A stretch of 64,000 nt of DNA from Acidobacteriaceae bacterium (GTDB lineage: Bacteria > Acidobacteriota > Terriglobia > Terriglobales > Acidobacteriaceae), in NCBI GenBank assembly GCA_965199635.1, contig CBDASL010000001.1:1275422-1339421 (forward strand). Reading direction: 5' to 3'. The notes beneath the pieces were generated by a model. The model worked only from the letters and a program-made list of their open reading frames with translations, was not told the origin of the DNA and made no database searches. Positions within the stretch are counted from its first letter, which is position 1. Each line of letters opens with the position of its first letter. A program made the position numbers and the translations under genes. This document shows positions 8,284 through 18,116 of the stretch, piece by piece.

Positions 8284-10728
8284 GTGCACCTGAGACCTTT
8301 TCAAACGATCCGGACCGCTAGGAGAGATATCTCCGGGGCTGCAGCTGCCTTGCTGGCATCTGTGCTGATCGCTCTGGTGAGCGCAAGTTGGTGTTCGGCA
8401 GCGACTCCGGCCTCGGATGCTGCTGTCCCCCTGTTGCAGCCGACCAGTGTGGCCTATGACGCTCTGGGAAACCTCTTCTTCGCGGAGTCGCGGAACAATG
8501 TCGTGCGCCGGCTGTCTCCGGACGGGACGCTTGCGATAGTGGCGGGGTCAACGGTTCAGGGGTTCGCGGGAGATGGTGGCGATGCGCTCGCAGCGGAGCT
8601 GGATGCGCCACGAGGCGTTGCGCTCGACGCGGCGCAAAACCTGTATATCGCGGATACGCATAACAATCGGGTACGTCGGGTGAACGCCGTGACCCACGTG
8701 ATTACGACTGTTGGCGGCACCGGCAAACCGGGATTCAGCGGGGATGGTGGCCCGGCCGGGCAGGCGCAGTTACGTGCACCGCTCGCGCTGGCCCTTGATG
8801 CGAGCCAGCATCTGTTTGTGGCGGACTCGGGCAACCACCGTGTGCGATCAATTGACCTTAGCAGCGGAGCTATCTCGACGGTCGCCGGCACAGGCAAACA
8901 AGGCTTCTCAGGCGACGGTGGACCCGCGGCGTTGGCCAGCTTCGACACGCCCTCCGGTCTGGTACTTGATGCGTCCGGAAACCTGTTCATCGCTGACGCG
9001 GGCAATCGGCGGGTGCGGGAGGTGAGTTCGGCGTCCCGCCAGGTTGTCACCGTGGCCGGGGCCACCGGAATGCCGATACCGCTGATGCGACCGGAAGGAC
9101 TGACGCTGAACGCGCATGGCGGGCTCCTGATCTCCGACGCAGGGAACCAGTGCGTGTATCTGCTGGATCTCTCATCCGGGCGTATGTCCTTAGTCGCAGG
9201 GCAGCGCACTCAGGCCTTCGCAGGCGATCATGGCCTGGCCACGCTGGCGATGTTGGATACTCCGACAGGGGTCGCGGTCGCGCCAAACGGCGACCTTGCG
9301 ATCGCGGACAGTGGCAATGCCCGAGTGCGCCTGGTTGCGGCAGCTGGAGATCAGACCGTAAGTACCGTTGCTGGCGTCGGCAGCAGGGTGCCGGGAGCGT
9401 TGCTGCTGGAGGGCGCGGTAGAGCAGCCGTACGGTTCCACTGCGGTCAACGTACGACTGCCTGGTGGTGAGGCGGTGTCAGGGGCTGTGTCGTTGAGTGT
9501 AGCTGGTGCAGGAGGGAGCTTTCAGGCTCTCTCGGGGTCGTTCCAGGCAGGGGTAGCCCGCTTCGACCTGAGCCTTCTGCCCGCAGGCAGCTATGAGCTC
9601 ACGGCGCGATGGGCTGGGAACGCCTCGTTCGACGCATCAACCTCTGTTCCGGGCGTGCTTACGGTACGGCCACTTCCTCTTACGCTCGGAACAACGACAT
9701 GGAGCATGATCTTCGGCGGTCCACCGCCTGCGTTCCAGAACACGCTCACAGGTCTGCTGCAGCAGGACCAGGGGCAGGTAAGCATCAGCGTTGGCCTACC
9801 CGCGATGCCTCAACTCGCGCCCGGCGTCTACCCGCTGCCCCTCACTCTCTCTGGTGCTGGCGCGGGGAACTACGTTTTGACCAGCACGACGGGTCAGTTA
9901 ACAGTCGGGAAGGCGCCGGTCCAGATTTACGTCAGCCAGGTACCTGGTGATCTCTTGGCGACGGTGAAAAGCACGACGTCCGGTGTGCCCTCTGGAGCTG
10001 TTACGCTGCTGAACTCGGCCGGCGGAAGCCTGGGTTCCTTTCCGCTGGATGCAACCGGTACGGCCTCGCTCTCGACAGCGGGGCTCTCGCCGGGAAGCTA
10101 CACCGTGACCGCTGTGTATAGCGGCGATCCGGATTACGTCGCAAACCAGACATCCCCGCAGCAGCTCCAGGTTGGAGCAGCGAACGGATCGACGCCAGCT
10201 CCGACCGGTGACTTCGTCCTGAGCAGCGTGGGGGCAGGAAGTGCTTCCGCGCCCGCCGGGGGCACTGCCGTGTTCTCACTCCAGGTACGACCGACCGGGG
10301 AAGCCCTGGCCGCGCCGATTCTTCTCAACGTGGCGGGGTTGCCATTCGGCGCCACAGCGAGCTTTTCGCCAAGTCTGATCCCGCCAAGCGGAGCAGCCAG
10401 CGTGGCCACGCTCACGGTTCAGCTGCCACGAAGTGCTGCGGAGGTCGCCTGGAACCATGGTCGGGTTGTGACAGCGGCACTGGGTACTCTGTGCCCGATC
10501 TTCCTGTTCGCCGGTTTACGCGGCTGGCGGCACGGCTTGCGCCTATTGAGCGCGGTCCTTGTCTGCGTCGTGCCACTGACGCTGGCAGGCTGCGGAGATC
10601 GGGTTGCTGCCACATCTGCCGGCATAGCCGCGCCGAAGACCTACACCTTGGTTGTGACAGCCACGACGACCCTGGCAGATGGCGCTGCCCTGCAGCATAC
10701 GACGTCTGTAACGCTTACCGTTCCGTGA
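8284..10728 (+). CDS. NHL-repeat beta-propeller protein with Ig-like domain array and C-terminal membrane segments
   Basis: Six or more NHL repeats (LDAPRGVALDAAQNLYIADTHNNRVRRV, LRAPLALALDASQHLFVADSGNHRVRSI, FDTPSGLVLDASGNLFIADAGNRRVREV ...). These are followed by Ig-like Y-x-(L/V)-T-A-x-(Y/W)-x-G modules and two hydrophobic helices near the C-terminus. GTG start. Confidence 0.8.
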   Translation: MHLRPFQTIRTARRDISGAAAALLASVLIALVSASWCSAATPASDAAVPLLQPTSVAYDALGNLFFAESRNNVVRRLSPDGTLAIVAGSTVQGFAGDGGDALAAELDAPRGVALDAAQNLYIADTHNNRVRRVNAVTHVITTVGGTGKPGFSGDGGPAGQAQLRAPLALALDASQHLFVADSGNHRVRSIDLSSGAISTVAGTGKQGFSGDGGPAALASFDTPSGLVLDASGNLFIADAGNRRVREVSSASRQVVTVAGATGMPIPLMRPEGLTLNAHGGLLISDAGNQCVYLLDLSSGRMSLVAGQRTQAFAGDHGLATLAMLDTPTGVAVAPNGDLAIADSGNARVRLVAAAGDQTVSTVAGVGSRVPGALLLEGAVEQPYGSTAVNVRLPGGEAVSGAVSLSVAGAGGSFQALSGSFQAGVARFDLSLLPAGSYELTARWAGNASFDASTSVPGVLTVRPLPLTLGTTTWSMIFGGPPPAFQNTLTGLLQQDQGQVSISVGLPAMPQLAPGVYPLPLTLSGAGAGNYVLTSTTGQLTVGKAPVQIYVSQVPGDLLATVKSTTSGVPSGAVTLLNSAGGSLGSFPLDATGTASLSTAGLSPGSYTVTAVYSGDPDYVANQTSPQQLQVGAANGSTPAPTGDFVLSSVGAGSASAPAGGTAVFSLQVRPTGEALAAPILLNVAGLPFGATASFSPSLIPPSGAASVATLTVQLPRSAAEVAWNHGRVVTAALGTLCPIFLFAGLRGWRHGLRLLSAVLVCVVPLTLAGCGDRVAATSAGIAAPKTYTLVVTATTTLADGAALQHTTSVTLTVP

Positions 10729-11206
10729 AGCGCGAGCCAGTAGACTGCGCCGCGGCAAGTGCCAAAGCCACAAGTCCGCACAACAGGACCGCACCTTCGA
10801 GACGCTCGGAGAGGTGGTGAAGCCGATCAAAATCGACCCGGGGAGGTGCATCAGGGGCGACACTGTCAATCGCGCCGTTCGCGGCGGCTCGATCTACCTC
10901 CATACGCGGCAGGATGACGAACTGCGAGACACAGGTGATCGCCAGCATGGAGCACAGAAGCGTGATCTGCAGCCCGCGCGAGGCGCTGCGGGTGGCCGGG
11001 GTAAGACTCGCCAAAAGAAAGAGGCCGCCACACACCAGACCGATCCAGTGCAGGATACGCAGGCAACCAGCGACTACGGTGCCTGCCTCATGTGTTGTGG
11101 GCAGGACGTGAAAGGCCACCGGCGCCACAGCAAAGGCGAAGAAGACCAGGCCACCAACCCACAGAGCAAGCGTGATGATCCGAAGGACACGGGACGCGGT
11201 CTCCAT
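10715..11206 (-). CDS. DUF4149 (TMEM205-like) membrane protein
   Basis: Four TM segments. N-terminus ITLALWVGGLVFFAFAVAPVAFHVL is typical of DUF4149. The 3' end overlaps the convergent NHL gene by 14 nt. Confidence 0.55.
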   Translation of the reverse strand: METASRVLRIITLALWVGGLVFFAFAVAPVAFHVLPTTHEAGTVVAGCLRILHWIGLVCGGLFLLASLTPATRSASRGLQITLLCSMLAITCVSQFVILPRMEVDRAAANGAIDSVAPDAPPRVDFDRLHHLSERLEGAVLLCGLVALALAAAQSTGSRFTER

Positions 11207-11217
11207 GCTGGGATGTC

Positions 11218-12576
11218 CTAGAGGCCGCTACGGGCGGATAGGTCTGGCGAGATGGTCTCCGCAGAGGCCGTAGCTGCACCTGCCTGGCCCGCCGCGCCCG
11301 GAGTGCCACGCTGCAACACGCGACGGAGCACACGCTCAAGAGCGGCCTTGTGTTCCGTGTACTCAGCTTCAGTCACATGGCCCTGAAGCCGCTCGGTTTC
11401 CAGGTGGAAGAGCTCCTCCTTCAAAGCTCCGAGCGTCAGATTAGCGGGGCCGCCCTGGCCAGGAGTGCTGGGACCAGGCTGTCCATCGGGACCGCCTTCC
11501 GACGGACGACGCAGCATCAGGCCAGCACCCGTGGCGAGCGCGAGGCCAAGCCCGCCGATGATCCACCACCGGTACTTCGCCCAAGGATCGTTCGTGGCAC
11601 CGGGGTCGACAGGGTTGCCAAGACCACCGCCCGGACCATTGGTGGGCGCACCGGATGCGGCAGCGCCGGAGGCTTCGCCCTGTGCGTTGGGCTGGCCGTT
11701 GCCACCCGGGGCAGCCTGGGTATCGCGTGGCAACTGACCGGTGCCGGAGAGCGTGAAGCCGGCGGGCTCCGATGGCGAGATGTTGCGGGCGACAAACGTC
11801 TGCGCACTCACCTCCTCGGTCACGGAGCTGTAGGGCGAACTAGGGCTGGAGCTCTTGAATGTCATGCTCTTGGGCATGATGACGGCGATCGTGTCCGTCG
11901 GGAGGGTGGGCTTGGGATCGAGCTGGAATGAACCGCTGTAGGGAACGTGGTACGAGACCTGAAAGCGAGTTTCACCTGGACGAATGGGGAAGATGAACGC
12001 AAAGTGATTCGGGTCACCCAGCGGAACTGGCGCGGCCTGCACCGGCATTCCGTTCGGCGCAAGAGCCGCAGAGCCCTCGATCACCGCTCCGGCGGGCAGA
12101 TAAAACTCATAGGGCCGGTCAGAGAACTGCGTCATCGGCGGCGTTGAGTCGTTCCGCACGAAGAAGTTTTCGACTACCTTGAGCGACTTGCCAGGCTCGT
12201 CGGTCTGCACGCGGATCACGTTGGCTTCGCCAACGATGCCCTTAACGTGTGCCGCCGCGTTGTAGACGTCGATGTCAACGGAGGTGGTGCCGGGAGGCGC
12301 TGGCTTAAAGTAGTTGGCCTTGTCATGCGTGACCCGGACGAGGTGAATGCCGGGATCCGGAAGCTCGAGCGTAAAGTGACCGTGCGCATCCGTCTTTGTG
12401 CGGGTCGCTTCCTGCATGCCCTGCGCAAGGCGGATCAGGACGACGTCATCGCCTACCGCAGGCTTGTTGTTGGTCTTGTTCGTGACGGTTCCGGAGACGG
12501 ACCCGCTTTGCGCAAGCGCCGGGCTGGCGAGGAAGGCGAGAGAAAGCAGCAGGCGAGCTAAGCTAGGAAGTGTCAC
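11218..12576 (-). CDS. secreted carboxypeptidase-regulatory-like domain protein with one TM helix and a cytoplasmic CcmI-like helical tail
   Basis: Signal peptide LLLSLAFLASPALAQ. SGSVSGTVTNKTNNKPAVGDDVVLIRL...DAHGHFTLELP (CarboxypepD_reg-like). Gly/Pro-rich linker, then TM YRWWIIGGLGLALATGAGLMLRR. Tail LKEELFHLETERLQGHVTEAEYTEHKAALERVLRRVL. GTG start. Confidence 0.55.
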   Translation of the reverse strand: MTLPSLARLLLSLAFLASPALAQSGSVSGTVTNKTNNKPAVGDDVVLIRLAQGMQEATRTKTDAHGHFTLELPDPGIHLVRVTHDKANYFKPAPPGTTSVDIDVYNAAAHVKGIVGEANVIRVQTDEPGKSLKVVENFFVRNDSTPPMTQFSDRPYEFYLPAGAVIEGSAALAPNGMPVQAAPVPLGDPNHFAFIFPIRPGETRFQVSYHVPYSGSFQLDPKPTLPTDTIAVIMPKSMTFKSSSPSSPYSSVTEEVSAQTFVARNISPSEPAGFTLSGTGQLPRDTQAAPGGNGQPNAQGEASGAAASGAPTNGPGGGLGNPVDPGATNDPWAKYRWWIIGGLGLALATGAGLMLRRPSEGGPDGQPGPSTPGQGGPANLTLGALKEELFHLETERLQGHVTEAEYTEHKAALERVLRRVLQRGTPGAAGQAGAATASAETISPDLSARSGL

Positions 12577-12683
12577 CTCCCTAGTTTAGCGGCGCGGGAG
12601 TGGACCGGTGTGCACTCGATGAAAGATGAAGGCCTCTTCTCTGCGGCAAAGCTTCAGAAAAGCGAGCTGCGTGAGGCCCGAGG

Positions 12684-12950
12684 CTACGGGTTGGGCAGCG
12701 TATCCATCTCGGACAGGATGGTTGCGGCCTCATGCTCGAGCGCGCCGCGTTGTGCAAGGTAGTCCTCTTCCGGATACTTGCCAGCCTGGTACTCAAACCG
12801 GAGGTCGCGCAGATTGTCGTAGACGGAGGACTTCCGCTCCTCCAGGTAGTCGCGCCGCGTCTTGCTGGCTCGTCGAAGTACCCGACCCTGGGGCCAGAAG
12901 ACAAAGGCGAAGCAGAGAAGCGTAAGGGTCAGTGCCGCGGTGCCGCCCAT
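12684..12950 (-). CDS. small single-TM protein, CcmI N-terminal-like (cytochrome c maturation accessory)
   Basis: TM AALTLTLLCFAFVFW followed by YLEERKSSVYDNLRDLRFEYQAGKYPEEDYLAQRGALEHEA. Its ATG overlaps the ccmH stop (TAATG). Confidence 0.5.
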   Translation of the reverse strand: MGGTAALTLTLLCFAFVFWPQGRVLRRASKTRRDYLEERKSSVYDNLRDLRFEYQAGKYPEEDYLAQRGALEHEAATILSEMDTLPNP

Positions 12951-13423
12951 TACAGGTCGACCTCACGGCGGATGCGGTCACGGAGGGCCGCGTGTTCGGC
13001 GGTAAGGGGAGCGGAGTTGCTGGCCGTGATCAGCGTGGACTTGTGCCGGCGAGTCCATGTGCGGACCAGCAGCGCGGTCCCGACTGTCCCGAAGAGAAAG
13101 ACGGCAATTGGTGCGATCCAGGCGACCGTATCGAAGCCACCGCGGATAGGTGCGGCCAGAATAACGGCGCCGTACTTGTTTACAAACCAGTTATAGATCG
13201 GGGTGTCGTCAGGCGTGGAGGCGACCTGCTGCCGCAGTTCATTGATCATGCGGGCTGAATCCGGGCAGCCGACGTGGTTGCACTCCAACAAGATCTGGCC
13301 ACAGGAGCAGGCACACATCATGCGATGGCCGACCCGGTCGAAGCGCGAATCAGGATCGTTGGCGCCCAGAACCACAACGGCAAGCAGGCAGGCGAGCATG
13401 GCCTGGATCCAGCGCTTAGGCAT
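12950..13423 (-). CDS. ccmH: cytochrome c-type biogenesis protein CcmH/NrfF family
   Basis: The internal Met at 13423 gives a signal-anchor MPKRWIQAMLACLLAVVVL. Cys-rich motif HRMMCACSCGQILLECNHVGC and a C-terminal TM. The ORF-track start at 13486 would overlap ccmF by 71 nt. Confidence 0.75.
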   Translation of the reverse strand: MPKRWIQAMLACLLAVVVLGANDPDSRFDRVGHRMMCACSCGQILLECNHVGCPDSARMINELRQQVASTPDDTPIYNWFVNKYGAVILAAPIRGGFDTVAWIAPIAVFLFGTVGTALLVRTWTRRHKSTLITASNSAPLTAEHAALRDRIRREVDL

Positions 13424-15488
13424 GGTGAACCTCCGCTTCCGCAGGAACCGCAGCCGGTGCCTTGGCCGGGGTTTGCAACAGCGCACGACGTGTGTTGGGG
13501 AAGAGCGTAACCACGGTTCCGAGAATAACGACTCCCACTCCGATCCAGATCCAGTTGATCAAGGGGTTCAGAAACACCTTGATGATCGGCCGGCCGGTAT
13601 CCGGATTCTTGCCCTCGTATATGACGTAAAGGTCGTTCTGCAAAGTGGAGTGATTCGCAACCACGGTGGAGTTCGTCTGACTCGCGTTGTAGAAGCGCTT
13701 CTCGGGGGAAAGCTCAGTGATCTTGCGATTGTTCTTGAAGATGTCGAGCAGCGCGTATTCCGTGTCGAAGTTCGGATTCGAGTCCTGTGAGAAGGACCGG
13801 CAGACCAACTTGTATGGGCCCATGTGAATGCTGTTGCCGAAGCCCATCTCCTGCTCATGCTGTTGGTTGAAGGCGCCACCGGCAATGCCGATAAACATGA
13901 CCACAATGCCGAAGTGGACGAGGTAGCCGCCGTAGCGCCGCGTGTTCCGCTGCGTCAGCAGCAACGCGGACGACAGAAGGGATCGGCCGGACTGTGTGCG
14001 GACTACGGCTGCTCCGCGCAGGAATTCGGCGGTAATGGCGGTTATCACACCTGCACCCAAAGAAAACGCCAGCAGGGAAAAGAGGGTAGCCTGCCAGTCA
14101 TCGCCGTCCTTCCACGGGCGCACGCCAAAGCCCATCAGGGCCGAAGCGGTAACCAGAACCGCGACGCCAGGCAGCACGAAGTTACGCCGGATCGTCCGCA
14201 GCGTGGTCGCTCGCCAGGCGAGCAGCGGGCCGACGCCGGTGAGCAGCAGCAGGGCAAGCCCGATCGGAAGGTTTACCCGGTTGTAGAACGGGGCGCCGAC
14301 CGTGGCCTTTGAGCCCTGCACATACTCGGAAAGTACCGGAAACAGTGTTCCCCACAGGACGGTGAAGCAGGCTGCCAAGAGGATCAGGTTATTGAACAGA
14401 AAGGAAGACTCGCGGGAGACCAGCGACTCCAGCCGGTTCTCACTCTTCAAATGGTCGCGCTGGCGGAAATAGGTGAAAAGACACACGGCGAGAACCACAA
14501 GCAGGAAGCCATAGAACCAGTTGCCGATGGAGGACTGGGCAAATGCGTGGACCGACTGGACCAGGCCGGAACGCGTGAGCAGCGTTCCCAGAATGGTGAG
14601 CATGAACGTGGAAAAGATGAGCCATACGTTCCAGCTCTTCATCATCCCGCGCTTCTCCTGCATCATCACCGAGTGCAGAAAGGCGGTGCCGGTAAGCCAC
14701 GGCATGAGCGAGGCATTTTCGACCGGATCCCATCCCCAGTAGCCGCCCCAGCCAAGCACCGCGTAGGCCCAGTGCATTCCCAGGCAGATGCCGCATGTGA
14801 GAAAGAGCCAGGTCACCATCGTCCAGCGGCGGGTGATGTGAATCCACCGCTCGCCGGGGTACCGCATCATCAGCGCGCCCAGTGCAAAGGCGAAGGGCAC
14901 TGTAAAGCCGACGTAGCCTAGGTAAAGCATCGGAGGGTGGATGACCATCTCCGGATACTGCAGGAGGGGATTCAGGCCGAAGCCATCCTGCGCCAAGGGA
15001 CCGGGTTCGATGGCAAAGGGCGGCGCGGCGAAGTTCAGCAGCAGCAGGAAGAAGACCTGGACGCCTGCGGTGATGACCGAAGCAAAGGCGGATAGGCGAA
15101 CGTCGACTTTGTGGCGCAGCCGAAGCACAAAGCCATAGGCAGCCAGCAGCCAGGCCCAGAGAACAAGCGAGCCCTCCTGACCGGACCACAGCGCAGAGAA
15201 CTTATACGCGGGGTTCAGGGCGCGGTTTGTGTGGTGAAGGATGTAAGAGACGGAGAAGTCGTTTGTATAGGAGGCCCACACCAGGGCAAAGGCCGCGCCG
15301 CACATGGCGACAAATGAGGCGATGCCGGCCCGGCGAGCCGTCTCTCCCAGCCGGAGTGCTGCGGTGTCGGCGGCGGACTTGTGCTCTCGCCAAAGAGCCA
15401 CGGCGCCAAAGATAAGCGTGTAGGCGGACAGAACGAGTGCCAGCAGAAGGGAGAAGCTGCCGAACTCAGGCATAGGGTGGGATGGCAT
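13416..15488 (-). CDS. ccmF: heme lyase CcmF/NrfE family
   Basis: 690-aa polytopic protein with the Trp-rich heme-handling motif WGGYWGWDPVENASLMPW and conserved His residues. Confidence 0.9.
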   Translation of the reverse strand: MPSHPMPEFGSFSLLLALVLSAYTLIFGAVALWREHKSAADTAALRLGETARRAGIASFVAMCGAAFALVWASYTNDFSVSYILHHTNRALNPAYKFSALWSGQEGSLVLWAWLLAAYGFVLRLRHKVDVRLSAFASVITAGVQVFFLLLLNFAAPPFAIEPGPLAQDGFGLNPLLQYPEMVIHPPMLYLGYVGFTVPFAFALGALMMRYPGERWIHITRRWTMVTWLFLTCGICLGMHWAYAVLGWGGYWGWDPVENASLMPWLTGTAFLHSVMMQEKRGMMKSWNVWLIFSTFMLTILGTLLTRSGLVQSVHAFAQSSIGNWFYGFLLVVLAVCLFTYFRQRDHLKSENRLESLVSRESSFLFNNLILLAACFTVLWGTLFPVLSEYVQGSKATVGAPFYNRVNLPIGLALLLLTGVGPLLAWRATTLRTIRRNFVLPGVAVLVTASALMGFGVRPWKDGDDWQATLFSLLAFSLGAGVITAITAEFLRGAAVVRTQSGRSLLSSALLLTQRNTRRYGGYLVHFGIVVMFIGIAGGAFNQQHEQEMGFGNSIHMGPYKLVCRSFSQDSNPNFDTEYALLDIFKNNRKITELSPEKRFYNASQTNSTVVANHSTLQNDLYVIYEGKNPDTGRPIIKVFLNPLINWIWIGVGVVILGTVVTLFPNTRRALLQTPAKAPAAVPAEAEVHHA

Positions 15489-15584
15489 GAAGGCCTCCCA
15501 TCTATCTTCTCAACCCGTCAAAGCTCTGTCCAACTCCCTGGGGGCTTACAGATGAGTGCTGTAGAGCGAAAGCGGGTCGATTGG

Positions 15585-15998
15585 CTACAGGGTCGACAGT
15601 CCTTGGGCGTTCAGGGCCGCTTCGTCTGTGGCGCTTCGGCTGAGATCAGCCACGTTGCTGAGAAGTCCATCCGGATTTAGCGGCTTTAACCGGAAGGTCA
15701 CGTTCAACCCCTCGTATTCCTGCTCTGCATCTTCAAGTCCACTGATCACGATGACCGGGATGATCGGGCGAAGCGCTCGCAGGCTTCGCACCAGCGCTGA
15801 TCCACTCATGCCAGGCATGATGTGGTCCGTGATGACCATCCAGATCGGTACGGAAAAGAGATTCTGCTCCATCTGCTCCAGAGCGCGCCGAGGATCCAAC
15901 ACGGCAACTACGCTGTACCCGCCTCGCTCCAGGATGGCCTTTCGGGTTGCGGCCTGCACCACGTTGTCGTCGATCAGAAGAATGGAGCCCAAACCCAT
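15585..15998 (-). CDS. single-domain response regulator (CheY-like receiver)
   Basis: From the internal Met at 15998: MGLGSILLIDDNVVQAATRK...WMVITDHIMPGMSG...VIVISG...LKP (DD, D, S/T and K positions present). The upstream extension to 16163 is Arg/Pro-rich and unlikely to be coding. Confidence 0.8.
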   Translation of the reverse strand: MGLGSILLIDDNVVQAATRKAILERGGYSVVAVLDPRRALEQMEQNLFSVPIWMVITDHIMPGMSGSALVRSLRALRPIIPVIVISGLEDAEQEYEGLNVTFRLKPLNPDGLLSNVADLSRSATDEAALNAQGLSTL

Positions 15999-16242
15999 CG
16001 TGCTGTCTTTCCTCACTGTCCGGCGCTGACTGTCCCCAATCCAGAGACTCTGCTCTTGGATGCACTGATAAGGAACAGAGCAGCCTGCCCCTTTGCTCAG
16101 AGATCGGCATACCGGAGGTATCACGCGGCGGTGCCGTGGCGGACAAGGTCGATGGACCAACAAGGGATCGCTGGTTCAGGTAGCATAAGGCGCACATTCC
16201 CCATGACAGGGCGTCCGTTCACAGGCTCGCGGCAAGGAGGGG

Positions 16243-18093
16243 GTGCAGGGGTGGGCTGTGTCTCTTTCCATTGTTGATTGGCTGATCATGGTGGTGTACT
16301 TCGCCTTTGTGCTGGGCATTGGCGTCGCGCTGAAGCGCTACATGCGTACCTCGAACGACTTCTTCCTGGCCGGCCGTTCCATCCCAGCCTGGGTCTGCGG
16401 TCTTGCCTTTATCTCTGCGAATCTGGGAGCGCAGGAAGTCATCGGCATGGGCGCTTCCGGCGCCAAATATGGCATCGTTACCAGTCAGTTCTACTGGATC
16501 GGCGCGATCCCGGCGATGGTCTTTGTCGGGATCTTCATGATGCCGTTCTACTACGGCTCCAAAGCCCGCTCTGTCCCGGAATACCTCCGTCTGCGCTTTG
16601 ACGAGAAGACCCGCGCGCTCAATGCGATCTCCTTCGCCCTGATGACCGTCTTCTCTTCCGGGATCAGCATGTACGCCATGGCGCTGTTGATTCAGACGCT
16701 GGGGCTCTTTCGCGGCATCATGCCGGAGCGGTATATCTTCCACGTCTCCATCCTGCTTTCGGCCGCAATCGTCCTCGGCTACATCTTCCTGGGTGGGCTT
16801 ACGAGCGCGATCTACAACGAGGTCTTGCAGTTCTTTCTGATTGTGGCCGGCTTCTTTCCCCTGGTGTGGATTGGTTTGCGCAACGTTGGAGGCTGGTCGG
16901 GTATTAAACAGGCATTGCCGTCGCCCATGGTGCACTCCTGGCGCGGCATGGCTCACGCCAACACCAACCCGCTGGGGGTGGAGTGGGTCGGGCTAGTGAT
17001 GGGGCTTGGTTTTGTGCTCTCGTTCGGCTACTGGTGCACGGACTTCCTGGTGATCCAACGCGCGCTCGCGGCGGACTCGATGGACTCGGCCCGACGTGTG
17101 CCGCTGATCGCCGCCGTACCCAAGATGTTCTTTCCGTTCCTCGTCATTCTGCCAGGCCTGATCGCCGTGAGCGTCACCTCGCACGCGGCAGGCGATGTGC
17201 GCGCGCCGGCCAGCTTGGAACGTAGTGTGCTGGCAGGGAACTCCACAGCCGCCACCGCAAGCAGCACCGCGGTCCCAATGAGCGAAGCGCACGAGCACGG
17301 TCTGGTGCCGGTCAAGCTGGATGCACTGAGCGGCCAGCCGCTGCGCAATGTAGACGGCACGCCTGTCTACAACTACGATCTGGCAATTCCGGTGATGCTG
17401 TTGCACTACTTTCCAACGGGCATCCTGGGACTTGGGCTCACGGCTCTGCTGGCGAGCTTCATGTCCGGCATGGCCGGCAACGTCACGGCCTTCAACACCG
17501 TATGGACCTATGACATCTACCAGTCGTATCTGAACAAACGGGGCACGGACGCCCACTATCTCTGGATGGGTCGTATGGCGACGGTAGGTGGCGTCCTTCT
17601 CTCCGTTGGTGCGGCCTACCTGGTGACCAGCTTCAACAACATCATGGACTCCCTGCAGCTGATCTTCTCCCTGGTCAACGCGCCTCTCTTCGCAACCTTT
17701 CTTCTCGGCATGTTCTGGAAACGATCGACGGGACACGGCGCGTTTGCCGGCCTGCTCAGTGGAACGGTGGGAGCGCTCATCCACCAGGGCCTCACCCTGC
17801 CGGCAGGTGCTGTGCCGGGCATCCACGGTGGCTGGATCGCTGTGCTGCACAACTACCCAAGCGAGATGGCACAGAACTTCTGGACCGCCATCTTCGCATT
17901 CTCGATCAACTTGATCGTAACCATTGCGGTCAGCCTGGCGACGCAGCCCCGGCCTGAAGGCGAATTGGTGGGGCTGGTCTACTCGCTTACGCCGAAGCCG
18001 GTGGAGACGCACCTGCAGTGGTATCAGCGGCCGGTCACGTTGGCGATCGGAGTGATGGCCATGCTGGTGGTTTTGAATCTGGTCTTTGCATAG
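16243..18093 (+). CDS. sodium:solute symporter family (SSF/SGLT-like) transporter
   Basis: About 14 TM segments. FFLAGRSIPAWVCGLAFISANLGAQEVIGMGASGAKYG is the SSF signature region. There is a long periplasmic insert at about aa 310-380. Confidence 0.85.
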   Translation: MQGWAVSLSIVDWLIMVVYFAFVLGIGVALKRYMRTSNDFFLAGRSIPAWVCGLAFISANLGAQEVIGMGASGAKYGIVTSQFYWIGAIPAMVFVGIFMMPFYYGSKARSVPEYLRLRFDEKTRALNAISFALMTVFSSGISMYAMALLIQTLGLFRGIMPERYIFHVSILLSAAIVLGYIFLGGLTSAIYNEVLQFFLIVAGFFPLVWIGLRNVGGWSGIKQALPSPMVHSWRGMAHANTNPLGVEWVGLVMGLGFVLSFGYWCTDFLVIQRALAADSMDSARRVPLIAAVPKMFFPFLVILPGLIAVSVTSHAAGDVRAPASLERSVLAGNSTAATASSTAVPMSEAHEHGLVPVKLDALSGQPLRNVDGTPVYNYDLAIPVMLLHYFPTGILGLGLTALLASFMSGMAGNVTAFNTVWTYDIYQSYLNKRGTDAHYLWMGRMATVGGVLLSVGAAYLVTSFNNIMDSLQLIFSLVNAPLFATFLLGMFWKRSTGHGAFAGLLSGTVGALIHQGLTLPAGAVPGIHGGWIAVLHNYPSEMAQNFWTAIFAFSINLIVTIAVSLATQPRPEGELVGLVYSLTPKPVETHLQWYQRPVTLAIGVMAMLVVLNLVFA

Positions 18094-18116
18094 GGAATTT
18101 AGATAGGAGGCGTGTT

